Shown: positions 19,498-29,171 of the stretch, piece after piece
How positions within the stretch are numbered: the first letter of the stretch is position 1
How the letters are laid out: the number at the start of each line of letters is the position of its first letter
From: an uncultured Poribacteria bacterium
GTDB taxonomy: Bacteria > Poribacteria > WGA-4E > WGA-3G
Reading direction: 5' to 3'
DNA: 64,000 nucleotides
NCBI GenBank assembly: GCA_951813565.1
Contig: OX638351.1
Coordinates: 5,088,001 to 5,152,000, forward strand
Made by a program: the position numbers and the translations under genes
Notes under the pieces: model-generated
The model's input: the letters and a program-made list of their open reading frames with translations, nothing else
Told to the model about the DNA's origin: nothing
Databases searched by the model: none

Positions 19498-19865
19498 CTA
19501 TAGTTTGGACAATTTACATATTGTTCGAGGACTTGCTGAGAAACTGTTAGGTGTCCAAAGCAAAATATTGGACACCTGTCGCCCCGCTGGGGCTTTAGAC
19601 AGCGGCAATTACCTTCTTCTATATACCTGTCGCCCCGCTGGGGCTAAGGTGTCATCTTATATTATTTATATTTTCTGCGATTTTGCTGGCTGAAAGAACT
19701 CGTCCAAAAATACCTTTTGGGCAGCCCCAGCGGGGCGACAGGTGTATAGAAACGCGGTAAACAACCCGCTTCAGCCCCAGCGGGGCGACAGGTGTCCAAT
19801 ATGAAAACTATATGTTTTTCTCTAACCCAACCTCACGAAAACAGCTAAAATTGTCCAAAGTATAG
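19498..19865. mobile_element. 368-bp MITE, family A copy 2 (inverted)
   Basis: Reverse complement of 310-677; its own 9-bp TSD TAATTTATA. Confidence 0.9.
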
Positions 19866-19870
19866 TAATT

Positions 19871-19984
19871 TATAGTAAAATCCAATAATATGTTCACATT
19901 TCAATGAACAGCAATTCCCACACGCATGCGCTGGCGAGGTTTCCTAACCTCGCCAATGTAAAGGTAATTGTGAATTTTACTATA
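19871..19984. mobile_element. 114-bp MITE family D copy 1
   Basis: TIR TATAGTAAAAT; central TGGCGAGGTTTCCTAACCTCGCCA palindrome; inverted copy at 49125-49238. Confidence 0.8.
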
Positions 19985-20155
19985 AAGTTGAGTTTCACTC
20001 ATTTTCCTGTTATTTCGGCATCAAATGGAGAAAAAATCGCTCTTTTATGTCCGATTTTTTGTTTATTCCGTTCTACCCAACGGACAGTGGTTATTAAATT
20101 TTATTATCAAACTCACGTTAGGTTATAATATCATGGATTCGATGATAAAGTATAT

Positions 20156-20983
20156 TTAAGCAGAAGCAAGCACACTGTCCATCACCTCTTGCCATCTACC
20201 CTCAAACTTCTCACCAAACTCTTTTTTACCACCCGTTGCCAAAGGACCGGTAATCATCGGTTTAGTAGCGTTATTCCGTTCCCAGAGTTCCTTACCACCG
20301 AAATCGTTATGGAGAAAATGCAAGGCAACGCCAGCGCGTTCTTTATCTGTGAGATTCGATCTGGTGCAGTGCGCAACGCCATAACAAAAGAAAAGCACGC
20401 CGCCTGCCTTTAACTCAATCGGCACAGCGCGTTCTTCAGGTGGATCGCAACGAATATGGTGGTCGCTCAACGGGTCTTTATAGTGTTCATAGGATTCCCG
20501 ATGGCTACCCGGAATAACGTGAATACACCCGTTTTCCACGTTTGCATCGTGAATAGCGATCCACATCGCAGTGCCGCGCAACGGGTCAGCAATTTTGAAA
20601 TAGGCGTTATCCTGATGCCAACTTGTACCGATACCGACTTTCGGCGGTTTCCAAAACGCCTGATCCAGTTCCAACATAAATTCATCTCCGATGAGCTGTT
20701 TGACAGCAGAGACAACTTTCGGATGAAAAGGTAACGCTTTGTGCAAGTCGCTACGATTGTTTAGCGGAATAACCTGAAGGTTCTGGCGTTCACCTTCATT
20801 ATCGCGTTTAGTGCCGTCCTCTTGCACTGCGCAATTGATGCCGGTTCCTTTTTCGAGCTCGGTGTTGTATATCCGTTCCAATTCAAGTCGAAGTGCATCT
20901 GCTTCAACAGGGGAGAAAAAACCATCAATTGCCAAGAATCCATTTTCTCGAAATTGGGCGAGTTGTGTGTCTTTTAACTGCAT
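20156..20983 (-). CDS. Phytanoyl-CoA dioxygenase (PhyH) family protein
   Basis: WHQD (HxD), NGCIHVIPGSH, distal His and Arg. Confidence 0.92.
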   Translation of the reverse strand: MQLKDTQLAQFRENGFLAIDGFFSPVEADALRLELERIYNTELEKGTGINCAVQEDGTKRDNEGERQNLQVIPLNNRSDLHKALPFHPKVVSAVKQLIGDEFMLELDQAFWKPPKVGIGTSWHQDNAYFKIADPLRGTAMWIAIHDANVENGCIHVIPGSHRESYEHYKDPLSDHHIRCDPPEERAVPIELKAGGVLFFCYGVAHCTRSNLTDKERAGVALHFLHNDFGGKELWERNNATKPMITGPLATGGKKEFGEKFEGRWQEVMDSVLASA

Positions 20984-21077
20984 ATTAATCTATTTTTCCT
21001 ACTTTCACTTGATTGGGAATTTAAAAATAAGCCGATTGTTAGGATACAAAACCTATACATATATATATAAACTAAAT

Positions 21078-21423
21078 GAGGGGTGTGAATAAATAATTCC
21101 GATGTTAAATATGTGTTTAAAGGTAGTCCGCACACGCCGTGGGCTTCCGTCCACGAGTTCAAAGAGGCGCAGCATGTCGGACGGGGAATGCCATAAGGCA
21201 TTCGGACCCGGTGAATGACTAAAGACGAATGCGCTTGGTAGAATACGCTTTTGGTATTCTACATGATTCGCCATGATTCATACCGTTGATTTCTTGATTT
21301 GGCGCATGCTGCGTTGATTTGGCAATGAATTGCGCGACTACAAACAGCATTTCTATAAATCAAGCGGCACATGGCGTCTGTCCCTGTCTGTGTTGATCCG
21401 CCAAATATTTATGCACACTCCTC
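21078..21423. mobile_element. MITE family E copy 1 with nested micro-elements
   Basis: TIR GAGGGGTGTGAATAAATA / TATTTATGCACACTCCTC; near-perfect 8-bp TSD AACTAAAT/AAATAAAT; shorter copy at 62856-63151 and left end at ~46249. Confidence 0.8.
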
Positions 21424-21602
21424 AAATAAATTGTATCACATTTCAGATTTATTTTCTATAGATTTTAAAATTCTTGGTTTATGGAAGAGATACGCTACAA
21501 TCTATAAGGTTGCTCATAATTTACCGAATGCTTCCAAAGATTAGCGAACTTTTTCTAATTTGAATTGACTAAATGACAAAAAGAATATTTAGAAGGATTT
21601 TC

Positions 21603-22766
21603 ATGTTACGTAAAACTTTATTCATACTCATTATTCTGTTAGCAGCGTGTTTCGTCGCACTCACGCTCAACATTTTCGATTCTGCTGAAGTTGAAGCAGA
21701 GAAAGCAGTAGAAATCGCCGAAATATCAACAAAACCTTCCATTGTAGCATTGGCAACTGTCATGAAAAGTTTTCGCAACTCACTGAGCGAAGAACTACTT
21801 GCTGATGCTTCCTTTCCACTTGGACATAAAGAATCGTATTCATGGTCAAATTTACCGCCAGCAAGGGACGAGGACCGTGGGGGTATTGCTTTCGGTAAGT
21901 TGTCCGTAGATCAATTGACTCTTTTCCATAAAGTTTTAGATGCGTTCTTGAGTGATGAAGGTTACACAAAAGTTTCTCTGGTTACCACAAAAGCTGAAAC
22001 AGATATCAGCAAAATAAGACACAGTTTTTGGAATTCACGACCTTACTTTATCGCACTGTTTGGAAACCCTGAGACAGACGGATCGTGGGGATTTCAGCTG
22101 GACGGCCATCATTTATCTCTCAATTTTCTGGTACACGGTGATGAAGTCTCTATTGTCCCATTCCATATCGGAACGCAACCAACAACTATCAATGGCACTG
22201 TAGTACTTAAGGACGAGAGAGGAAAAGCATTAGCATTACGCAACAGTCTCAACGCGAAGCAAAAAGAGATGGCAATACAAATAGGGAGACGCGGTTTAAA
22301 AGTTGGGCCGGGTAGTACAACCGACCCTTACCTGAATTACGATTATTCACACTTCGTGGGTGTCGGTTTAAAGGCATCAGACATGAACGATGCACAAAAA
22401 GAAAACCTTCGGAATTTGATTAAAACGTACGTCTACAATCTTGAAACAGAGTTTGCGAATGTTTGGATGAAAGATATTGATGCTGGATTTGAAGACACCT
22501 ATTTTGTCTGGATCGGTGGCACAACAGAAAACGATTACATTTACTATCGTGTCTTCAACCCCGCTGTCTGGATTGAATTCAACGACGAAGGTAGGGGACG
22601 TGGTGCCCCGAACCATATTCACACAATTACAAGATCACCGAATGGAAATGACTACGGCATTTTTGCCTTAAATAGCGGACCAAAAACACTCTTGGAACAC
22701 TATGCTATGGCAGATCATCACAAAGTAAACAACGAATTATTTGATTATTACATTTCTGAAAAATAA
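21603..22766 (+). CDS. DUF3500 domain secreted protein
   Basis: Signal peptide; WSNLP, WGFQLDGHHLSLN, YFVWIG, NHIHTITRSPNGNDYG. Confidence 0.85.
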   Translation: MLRKTLFILIILLAACFVALTLNIFDSAEVEAEKAVEIAEISTKPSIVALATVMKSFRNSLSEELLADASFPLGHKESYSWSNLPPARDEDRGGIAFGKLSVDQLTLFHKVLDAFLSDEGYTKVSLVTTKAETDISKIRHSFWNSRPYFIALFGNPETDGSWGFQLDGHHLSLNFLVHGDEVSIVPFHIGTQPTTINGTVVLKDERGKALALRNSLNAKQKEMAIQIGRRGLKVGPGSTTDPYLNYDYSHFVGVGLKASDMNDAQKENLRNLIKTYVYNLETEFANVWMKDIDAGFEDTYFVWIGGTTENDYIYYRVFNPAVWIEFNDEGRGRGAPNHIHTITRSPNGNDYGIFALNSGPKTLLEHYAMADHHKVNNELFDYYISEK

Positions 22767-22965
22767 CTGCTCATTAACAAAAAGTGTGTTCGTAGTCGCG
22801 CAATTCATTGCGCCTCTTACACCATTTCTGAAAAATAACTGCTCATTAACAAAAAGTGTGTTCGTAGTCGCGCAATTCATTGCGCCTCTTACACCATTTC
22901 TGAAAAATAACTGCTCATTAACAAAAAGTGTGTTTGTAGTCGCGCAATTCATTGCGCCTCTTACA
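22751..22965 (+). repeat. Three tandem 72-bp units, each with a GTAGTCGCGCAATTCATTGCGC REP
   Basis: CATTTCTGAAAAATAAC recurs at 22751, 22823 and 22895. Confidence 0.95.
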
Positions 22966-22999
22966 TTAACACAGATGCTGCAAATCTGAAGGAGCACTA

Positions 23000-23599
23000 A
23001 TGTTTGATAAAGTCTTAGAAGAAGTTGAGCAACAATGTCGCGCAGAACGAATTCCGATGCTCGGCCCCAATAAGGCGAAATTGCTCGCAAGTTGCGTTGA
23101 AAAAGCGAAACCATCCATCATTGTGGAGTGTGGTACTGCCATCGGTTACTCTGGGTTGTGGATGTTACGCGTGTTAAAAACTTTAGGCACAGGACGTTTG
23201 ATAACGGTAGAGATAGACACAAACAATGCACACCGTGCCCGTGATAATTTTGAAAAAGCAGGTATGGCAGACCTTGTTGATTCACGTATTGGCGATGCCG
23301 CAGAAGTCCTAAAAACTATTCAAGACCCTGTTGATTTTCTATTTCTTGACAACAATAAAGATGGTTATTTTGCATGCTTCAAAGCAATTGAATCCCGGTT
23401 AACCGATCCTGCAACCATTGTAGCAGACAACGTCGGTAGAGCGGACCAGATGGCAGATTATCTGGAGCATGTCCGTTCCAACTACGACTCCGAAACGCAC
23501 TGGTTTGAAAGTTGGCGGCGAAGACGTGGCGGGAACGAAGGAGATAATCAAAGGGAACGAAGGCGCGATGGGATGGAGATTAGCATCTATCGCAGTTGA
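23000..23599 (+). CDS. O-methyltransferase (Methyltransf_3/24-like)
   Basis: VECGTAIGYS, GDA, FLFLD, VADN motifs. Confidence 0.88.
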   Translation: MFDKVLEEVEQQCRAERIPMLGPNKAKLLASCVEKAKPSIIVECGTAIGYSGLWMLRVLKTLGTGRLITVEIDTNNAHRARDNFEKAGMADLVDSRIGDAAEVLKTIQDPVDFLFLDNNKDGYFACFKAIESRLTDPATIVADNVGRADQMADYLEHVRSNYDSETHWFESWRRRRGGNEGDNQRERRRDGMEISIYRS

Positions 23600-23610
23600 T
23601 GAATGCAATG

Positions 23611-23785
23611 TAATACCATTAAAAAAAAATAACGCCTCTTGAAAGAAATAGACCGTTGGTAGTCGCGCAATTCAACGCCAAATGCGACGAGTGCCATACG
23701 CGCGCTCGGCGTTGATTCTGCGTATGGCATTTGGCGCCTCGGACATTTCTTTTTAAAAGAGAAAATAATTCATAGAACTGGTATA
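23611..23785. mobile_element. MITE family F copy with nested micro-elements
   Basis: ATACCA...TGGTAT ends; the copy without the nested insert is at ~48016-48128. Confidence 0.65.
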
Positions 23786-23806
23786 AAATTTAAATAGGAG
23801 GATTAG

Positions 23807-24829
23807 ATGAAAAAACACACAACACCAATTTTTCTATTGGGTTGGTCATTAAGCATATTAAATGTCCTTACTTTTATAAATGGTGTCAACGCGCAAGAAT
23901 GGTCCCAGAAAGCAGATATGGTTAATCCGAGGCTTTTTTTCTCAGTTGCTGCGGTTGACAACGAAATCTATGTAATCGGTGGCATGCTTGCATCACCAAT
24001 TGATAGTGTTGAAGCCTACGTTCCGGATACGAATAAGTGGGTTGAGAAGACGAGTTTACCATCTGCACGGGCAGGCGTAGTTAGTTGTGAAGTCGACGGA
24101 AAAATATATGTAATTGGCGGATGGGACGGGCAAAATCCAGCTCTCGGCACAGTTGAAGAATACGATCCAAAAACTAACACTTGGACACAAAAAGCAGATA
24201 TGCCTACCCCGCGTTCATTCTTTTCCGCTGTTGCCGTAGAAGGTAAAATTTACGCATTCGGTGGAGTGGCTCAAAATGTTGGTCCTGTGTTATCGACTGT
24301 AGAAGAATATGACCCGAAAACTGATACTTGGACAAAAAAAGCAGACATGCCAAACACACGTTCGGGGATGGCTGCAATCGTGTTTAGGGACAAAATATAC
24401 CTCATCGGTGGAGTCCAAAACGTGCAAGGCCCCGCAGTTAAAAACGTAGAAGAATATGACCCAAACACTGACACTTGGACAAAAAAAGCAAATATGCCTA
24501 CCCCAAGGACTGCTCTTGCAGTTAGTAAAGTCAATTCAAAAATCTATGCGATTGGTGGGACGTCTGTTGTCCAAGGGCCTGGATTGACAACAGTTGAGAT
24601 TTACGATCCATTAACAGATATATGGGAGAAAAGCACGGATATGCCAACAGCACGGGTTTTCTTGGGAGCAGGAACCGTCAACAACAAAATCTACGCTGTA
24701 GGAGGTGTGGTTGAAGGGCTTGGTCCCCAAATTTTGCCTACCGTAGAGGAATTCACATCCGATAGTCTAAGCATAGCAGCATTGGATAAATTTCTCACGT
24801 TCTGGGGAAATATAAAAATTGAGAATTAG
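23807..24829 (+). CDS. Secreted Kelch-repeat beta-propeller protein
   Basis: Six repeats of KIYxxGG...VEEYDPxTxTWxxKADMPTPR; C-terminal DKFLTFWGNIK. Confidence 0.92.
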   Translation: MKKHTTPIFLLGWSLSILNVLTFINGVNAQEWSQKADMVNPRLFFSVAAVDNEIYVIGGMLASPIDSVEAYVPDTNKWVEKTSLPSARAGVVSCEVDGKIYVIGGWDGQNPALGTVEEYDPKTNTWTQKADMPTPRSFFSAVAVEGKIYAFGGVAQNVGPVLSTVEEYDPKTDTWTKKADMPNTRSGMAAIVFRDKIYLIGGVQNVQGPAVKNVEEYDPNTDTWTKKANMPTPRTALAVSKVNSKIYAIGGTSVVQGPGLTTVEIYDPLTDIWEKSTDMPTARVFLGAGTVNNKIYAVGGVVEGLGPQILPTVEEFTSDSLSIAALDKFLTFWGNIKIEN

Positions 24830-25040
24830 CCTGTTATTCCTACAAGAACATATATCCTTAAATTGACATTCACGGGTAAGAGTGGTTTCCTAACCGCTCC
24901 GTATTCTCCTAAAATGCTCTTGTGGGAGGCGTTTTCAACTGTACCCTGCTGGCGAGGTTTCCTAACCTCGCCAAATTACCGATTTATTTTCTTAAACTTC
25001 ATCAAAACACGCCTACCAAGAAGTGAAAATTGGCAAGCAG

Positions 25041-26450
25041 TTATTTCCTTTTGGCACACGGCACAATAATGGAATCCACCATCCCGTGTAATATCTTCTT
25101 ATCTGCTGGACAGACAGCCGCCTGAATTCCGCCAAGTTTCACTGTATCACCTACAACAAAATAGTATGGGCGCAGAAGCGGACGGGACGGCATCTCTTGC
25201 ATATCCTTAGTCTCAAAATCGTAGTATTGCATCCGTACCCGTTTTGCGGTGTGAAACTGCTGGAGGACATGGGGCGTTTTCTCAAAGTCTTCCAAAGCGT
25301 TTTCAATTACAGATTCCCATTCCTCTGTAGGCAAATCATGCCCGATGGCTACGCCACGGCTTCCCCATGCCAGCTCCGAAAATCCTGAAGGTTTGATAAC
25401 CAATTCCCGTTGTTTTTGTGTTACAGTGCTCAGTTGTCGCCAGTCTGTCACAGGCATATTATCTATTTCCAAGTTTGGAATTACAGCATGCGGCGGTAGC
25501 GGACGAGAATCAAGTACCCATGTCTGTGGGATCGCTTCCTGTAGAAACGGATAGGTTTTTTTCCCAAGTTGACGTTGCCAAAACGGTTGGAGTGACGGAT
25601 GGTGGAAAAGCGCGAGACACAATTTTTCTTCTAAGTACGCTTTCGGCGGCGGCGTCATGACAACAGTGCGTTTCTTGGCACTATAGAAGATTAACTCTGC
25701 TTTCGGGATGTTGGGAAGATCAAACAGTTCATAGAAACGGTAAACGACATCAACAGCCATTCTACCATCTTCACTTTCAGCAAAGAGTCCATCTTCTGTA
25801 AAGATAATCTCGTGCGGTTTGACAGCGGCAGTTTTGAGTCCTGCATCACAAAGCGCATTCGCGAGCCACACCATCTCCGGGCGATAGTCCTCAGATTCAT
25901 CTGAAACAACAATCGCAAGCGTAGGATCGTCTTTCTTTGCTAAAGCACGTATCATCTCAGCGTATCCAATTACCATCCCGTCTTTACCACCGATGATGGA
26001 ATATCCGAGTTTCGTATATAGCCTTGCCAGACAACCTGTCGCACCGATGAAACCAGGGATAGAATCCAACTCTGTAATTACCCTGGTGTTGTCCGTAGTA
26101 GGCAAAATATCTGGACGTATAACACCGGGCAGTTGACTTTTAAAGCGGTTCATCCGTCCCTGCTGAATGACACTCTCTGGTTTGCCAATATCTAAATAAT
26201 TTGCTACCCAGGCAGGTTGAATGCCTCTCGCACTTTGCGAATAGAGTAAGTTACAGGCACGATAAAAACTTAACAGGTGAGTACCCAGTTCTTCAAACCA
26301 ACTAAACTCTTCTTGTGAAATCCAGAAAGGTTCTGGTGAGATTCTCCATGAGGTATTACAATCAGGATGAACATCTCGTTTTTCGCTGGAAAATAACCTT
26401 TCCTTCGGTATCTCATCGTTAATAAACAAACATATCTGTTTTACATCCAA
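25041..26450 (-). CDS. Uncharacterised ATP-grasp-like ligase (glutathionylspermidine-synthase-like or circularly permuted)
   Basis: IRPD...ITELD metal/ATP motif; VIKPSG...WGSRGVAIG; VLQQF. Confidence 0.55.
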   Translation of the reverse strand: MDVKQICLFINDEIPKERLFSSEKRDVHPDCNTSWRISPEPFWISQEEFSWFEELGTHLLSFYRACNLLYSQSARGIQPAWVANYLDIGKPESVIQQGRMNRFKSQLPGVIRPDILPTTDNTRVITELDSIPGFIGATGCLARLYTKLGYSIIGGKDGMVIGYAEMIRALAKKDDPTLAIVVSDESEDYRPEMVWLANALCDAGLKTAAVKPHEIIFTEDGLFAESEDGRMAVDVVYRFYELFDLPNIPKAELIFYSAKKRTVVMTPPPKAYLEEKLCLALFHHPSLQPFWQRQLGKKTYPFLQEAIPQTWVLDSRPLPPHAVIPNLEIDNMPVTDWRQLSTVTQKQRELVIKPSGFSELAWGSRGVAIGHDLPTEEWESVIENALEDFEKTPHVLQQFHTAKRVRMQYYDFETKDMQEMPSRPLLRPYYFVVGDTVKLGGIQAAVCPADKKILHGMVDSIIVPCAKRK

Positions 26451-26485
26451 ACTAAAACTCCCTTACAGTGTGCAATTCTTGCTAA

Positions 26486-28069
26486 CTAAAGGATAACCTG
26501 CTTAACAAAATCAATTTTTTTCTGCGCCGCAATCGTTTTTATAACATTCCGTGGCACCAAACTATCCACATTAATAAGTGTCAGTGCAACTTCTCCGATG
26601 CGTGAACGTCCGACCGTCATATCCGCGATGTTGATGTTATGCTCACCCAAAATTGTGCCGATTAGTCCAATCATACCCGGTTGATCGCTGTTGTAAATAA
26701 GCAGTATATATCCCTCTGGCGTCGCGTTCAGATGAAGTTGGTTAATACGGACGATACGGATATCTTTTCGTCCGAAGGTTGTCCCAGCAAGGACTGCATC
26801 GCCTCTATCTGTGGTAACGGTAACGGTCATCAAGTTCGCAAAGTCTGCCTGTGAGTCGCTTTTGGTCTCAGTCACCGAAATGCCGCGTTGCTTAATTAAA
26901 AATGGCGCGTTTACGTAGTTAACCTCTGTTAGCACGGGTGATAATAACCCTTTCTGTAAAGCAACAGTGATAGGTGTTACATCTTCTTTCTGAAAAAGCG
27001 TGCCGCTATAATGAATTTTGATAGCCGAAATTTGCCCTTCAACAATTTGGGAGTGAAAACTTCCAATCTTTTCAGCAAGTTGAAGATAGGGACCCAAAAT
27101 GTCAAACATTCTTGGATCAATTTTGGGTTGATTAACAGCGTTAGCGACCGGTTTGCCTTGTAAGGCGTTGATTACCTGTTGTGCTACTTCAATAGCAACA
27201 TGCTCTTGTGCTTCGGTCGTTGATGCGCCGAGGTGTGGTAGCGCGAGAAAATTATCCAATTCAAGGAGTGGGCTATCAATTGCGGGTTCATCTTCAAACA
27301 CATCAAGCGCAGCGCCCGCTATCTGTCCATCTTTTAGTGCGTGATAGAGTGCCTTTTCGTCAATAATACCCCCACGGGCACAGTTGATTAGACGGGCAGT
27401 GGGTTTCATCAATTGGAATTCGGTTTCCCCGATACTATGGTATGTCTCCGCATTGAGATGGGTATGAATAGAGATATAGTCCGATTCTCGGAATAAGGTT
27501 TCGCTGTCAACGAGACGGACTCCCATTTTATCTGCAGCATTAGCAGAGATATAAGGGTCAAAAGCGATGAGTTGCATGCCGAAAGCGTGTGCACGCTTCG
27601 TGACTTCACGCCCAATTCTGCCGAGTCCGACAGTGCCGAAAACCTTACCGTATAACTCAACGCCAATAAAGTCGTTCCGTTGCCAAGTTCGGTTTTTGAG
27701 AGAGATACCAGCAGGCACAATGTTACGTGCCAACGCTAATAATAGCGCTACGGTATGCTCCGCTGCTGCAATCGTATTACCGGTAGGCGTATTGACGACT
27801 AAAATCCCGTTTTGCGTTGCCGCTTCTACATCAATGTTATCTACGCCAACCCCCGCACGTCCGATAACTTTTAGCCGTTTTGCTGCATCAATAACATCTG
27901 CTGTCACTCTCGTCTCACTTCTAATCAGTAGGGCATCATAATCGGCAATACGTTCCAACAATTCCTCATCGGTCAACGCCAACGCAACATCAACCTTGAA
28001 ATCGCCGCTTTTGATTAAAACATCTAAACCCCGCTGTGATAGCAAATCGCTAACCAGCACTTTGTCCAT
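26486..28069 (-). CDS. serA: D-3-phosphoglycerate dehydrogenase
   Basis: GRAGVGVDNID, GLGRIG, NCARGG, PHLGAST; C-terminal ASB and ACT domains (DQPGMIG). Confidence 0.96.
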   Translation of the reverse strand: MDKVLVSDLLSQRGLDVLIKSGDFKVDVALALTDEELLERIADYDALLIRSETRVTADVIDAAKRLKVIGRAGVGVDNIDVEAATQNGILVVNTPTGNTIAAAEHTVALLLALARNIVPAGISLKNRTWQRNDFIGVELYGKVFGTVGLGRIGREVTKRAHAFGMQLIAFDPYISANAADKMGVRLVDSETLFRESDYISIHTHLNAETYHSIGETEFQLMKPTARLINCARGGIIDEKALYHALKDGQIAGAALDVFEDEPAIDSPLLELDNFLALPHLGASTTEAQEHVAIEVAQQVINALQGKPVANAVNQPKIDPRMFDILGPYLQLAEKIGSFHSQIVEGQISAIKIHYSGTLFQKEDVTPITVALQKGLLSPVLTEVNYVNAPFLIKQRGISVTETKSDSQADFANLMTVTVTTDRGDAVLAGTTFGRKDIRIVRINQLHLNATPEGYILLIYNSDQPGMIGLIGTILGEHNINIADMTVGRSRIGEVALTLINVDSLVPRNVIKTIAAQKKIDFVKQVIL

Positions 28070-28230
28070 AATTGATCCCTCCTGCTAACGCATAAGGCGT
28101 TTAAAATTGTAGCACCTTAACCCCACAGTGTCAATAAAAAGAATTATGGCAGATAAATTTGCAATCCTGTCTACCAATGTGTAAAGATATACGTAACCTT
28201 AGTCTTGGTGGTTACTTCTATCCAATCCCT

Positions 28231-28452
28231 GTAGGTCGGGTAAAGCGAAGCGAAACTCGACAACTCTTGTAGGAGGGACCTCTTGTTGGATGGCTTTCTA
28301 AGCCCGATTTCTTCTTGTAGGAGCGACTTCTTGTGTGCCTTCTTCTTGTAGGAGGGACCTCTTGTGGGAGGGCTTCTAAGCCCGATTTCTTCTTGTAGGA
28401 GCGAGCTCTTGTGGGAGGGACATCTTGTTGGATGGCTTTCTAAGCCCGATTT
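28231..28452 (+). repeat. Cluster of truncated GTAG-type REP units (TCTTGTAGGAG / CTAAGCCCGATTTC)
   Basis: Repeated TCTTGTAGGAG/TCTTGTGGGAG motifs and three CTAAGCCCGATTTCTTCTTGTAGGAGCGA blocks. Confidence 0.8.
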
Positions 28453-29079
28453 CTTCTTGTAGGAGCGAGCTCCAGCTCGCGACCGCAGCACCAACCGTAA
28501 AAACGCGCATCTTCCACCCATAAAACCCCAAAAATCCAAACTCAAATTCCGCGCAATCCGCGTCCTCCGCGATTCAGACAAATAACGCGTTTCATCGCAA
28601 TTCATTGCCAAATCAACGCCAAGCGCGCTTGGGCGAATACGCGTATGGTATTCACCATGACTTGTCGCCTCGGACATTCTGTAGGAGGAACCTCTTGTGT
28701 GCCTTCTTCTTGTAGGAGCGAGCTCCAGCTCGCGACCGCAGCACCAACCGTAAAAACGCGCATCTTCCACCCATAAAACCCCAAAAATCCAAACTCAAAT
28801 TCCGCGCAATCCGCGTCCTCCGCGATTCAGACAAATAACGCGTTTCATCGCAATTCATTGCCAAATCAACGCCAAGCGCGCTTGGGCGAATACGCGTATG
28901 GTATTCACCATGACTTGTCGCCTCGGACATTCTGTAGGAGGAACCTCTTGTGTGCCTTCTTCTTGTAGGAGCGAGCTCCAGCTCGCGACCGCAGCACCAA
29001 CCGTAAAAACGCGCATCTTCCACCCATAAAACCCCAAAAATCCAAACTCAAATTCCGCGTCCTCCGCGATTCAGACAAA
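28453..29079 (+). repeat. ~2.5 tandem copies of a 253-bp unit
   Basis: CTTCTTGTAGGAGCGAGCTCCAGCTCGCGACC at ~28453, 28706 and 28959; identical spurious ORFs offset by 253 bp. Confidence 0.93.
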
Positions 29080-29136
29080 ATTCCAAACCTATTGGATATC
29101 TATTGGAAATCTATTGTTCCCAACGCCACAAAAACT

Positions 29137-29165
29137 TTCAACACCCTCCCACCTTCAGTTATAAT
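29137..29165 (+). promoter_or_regulatory. Sigma70-like promoter, probably giving a leaderless terminase mRNA
   Basis: TTCAAC-17-TATAAT ending 6 nt before the ATG at 29172; no Shine-Dalgarno. Confidence 0.45.
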
Positions 29166-29171
29166 ATCAGT

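Noticed and set aside
310..19865. Composite transposon bounded by the two 368-bp MITEs
   Set aside because: Each copy has its own distinct TSD, indicating independent insertions.
22751..22965. Possible CRISPR array
   Set aside because: Units are near-identical along their full length, with no unique spacers and no cas genes.
28171..29037. Repeated ORFs or CRISPR-like array
   Set aside because: The ORFs are translations of the 253-bp tandem repeat; there are no variable spacers.
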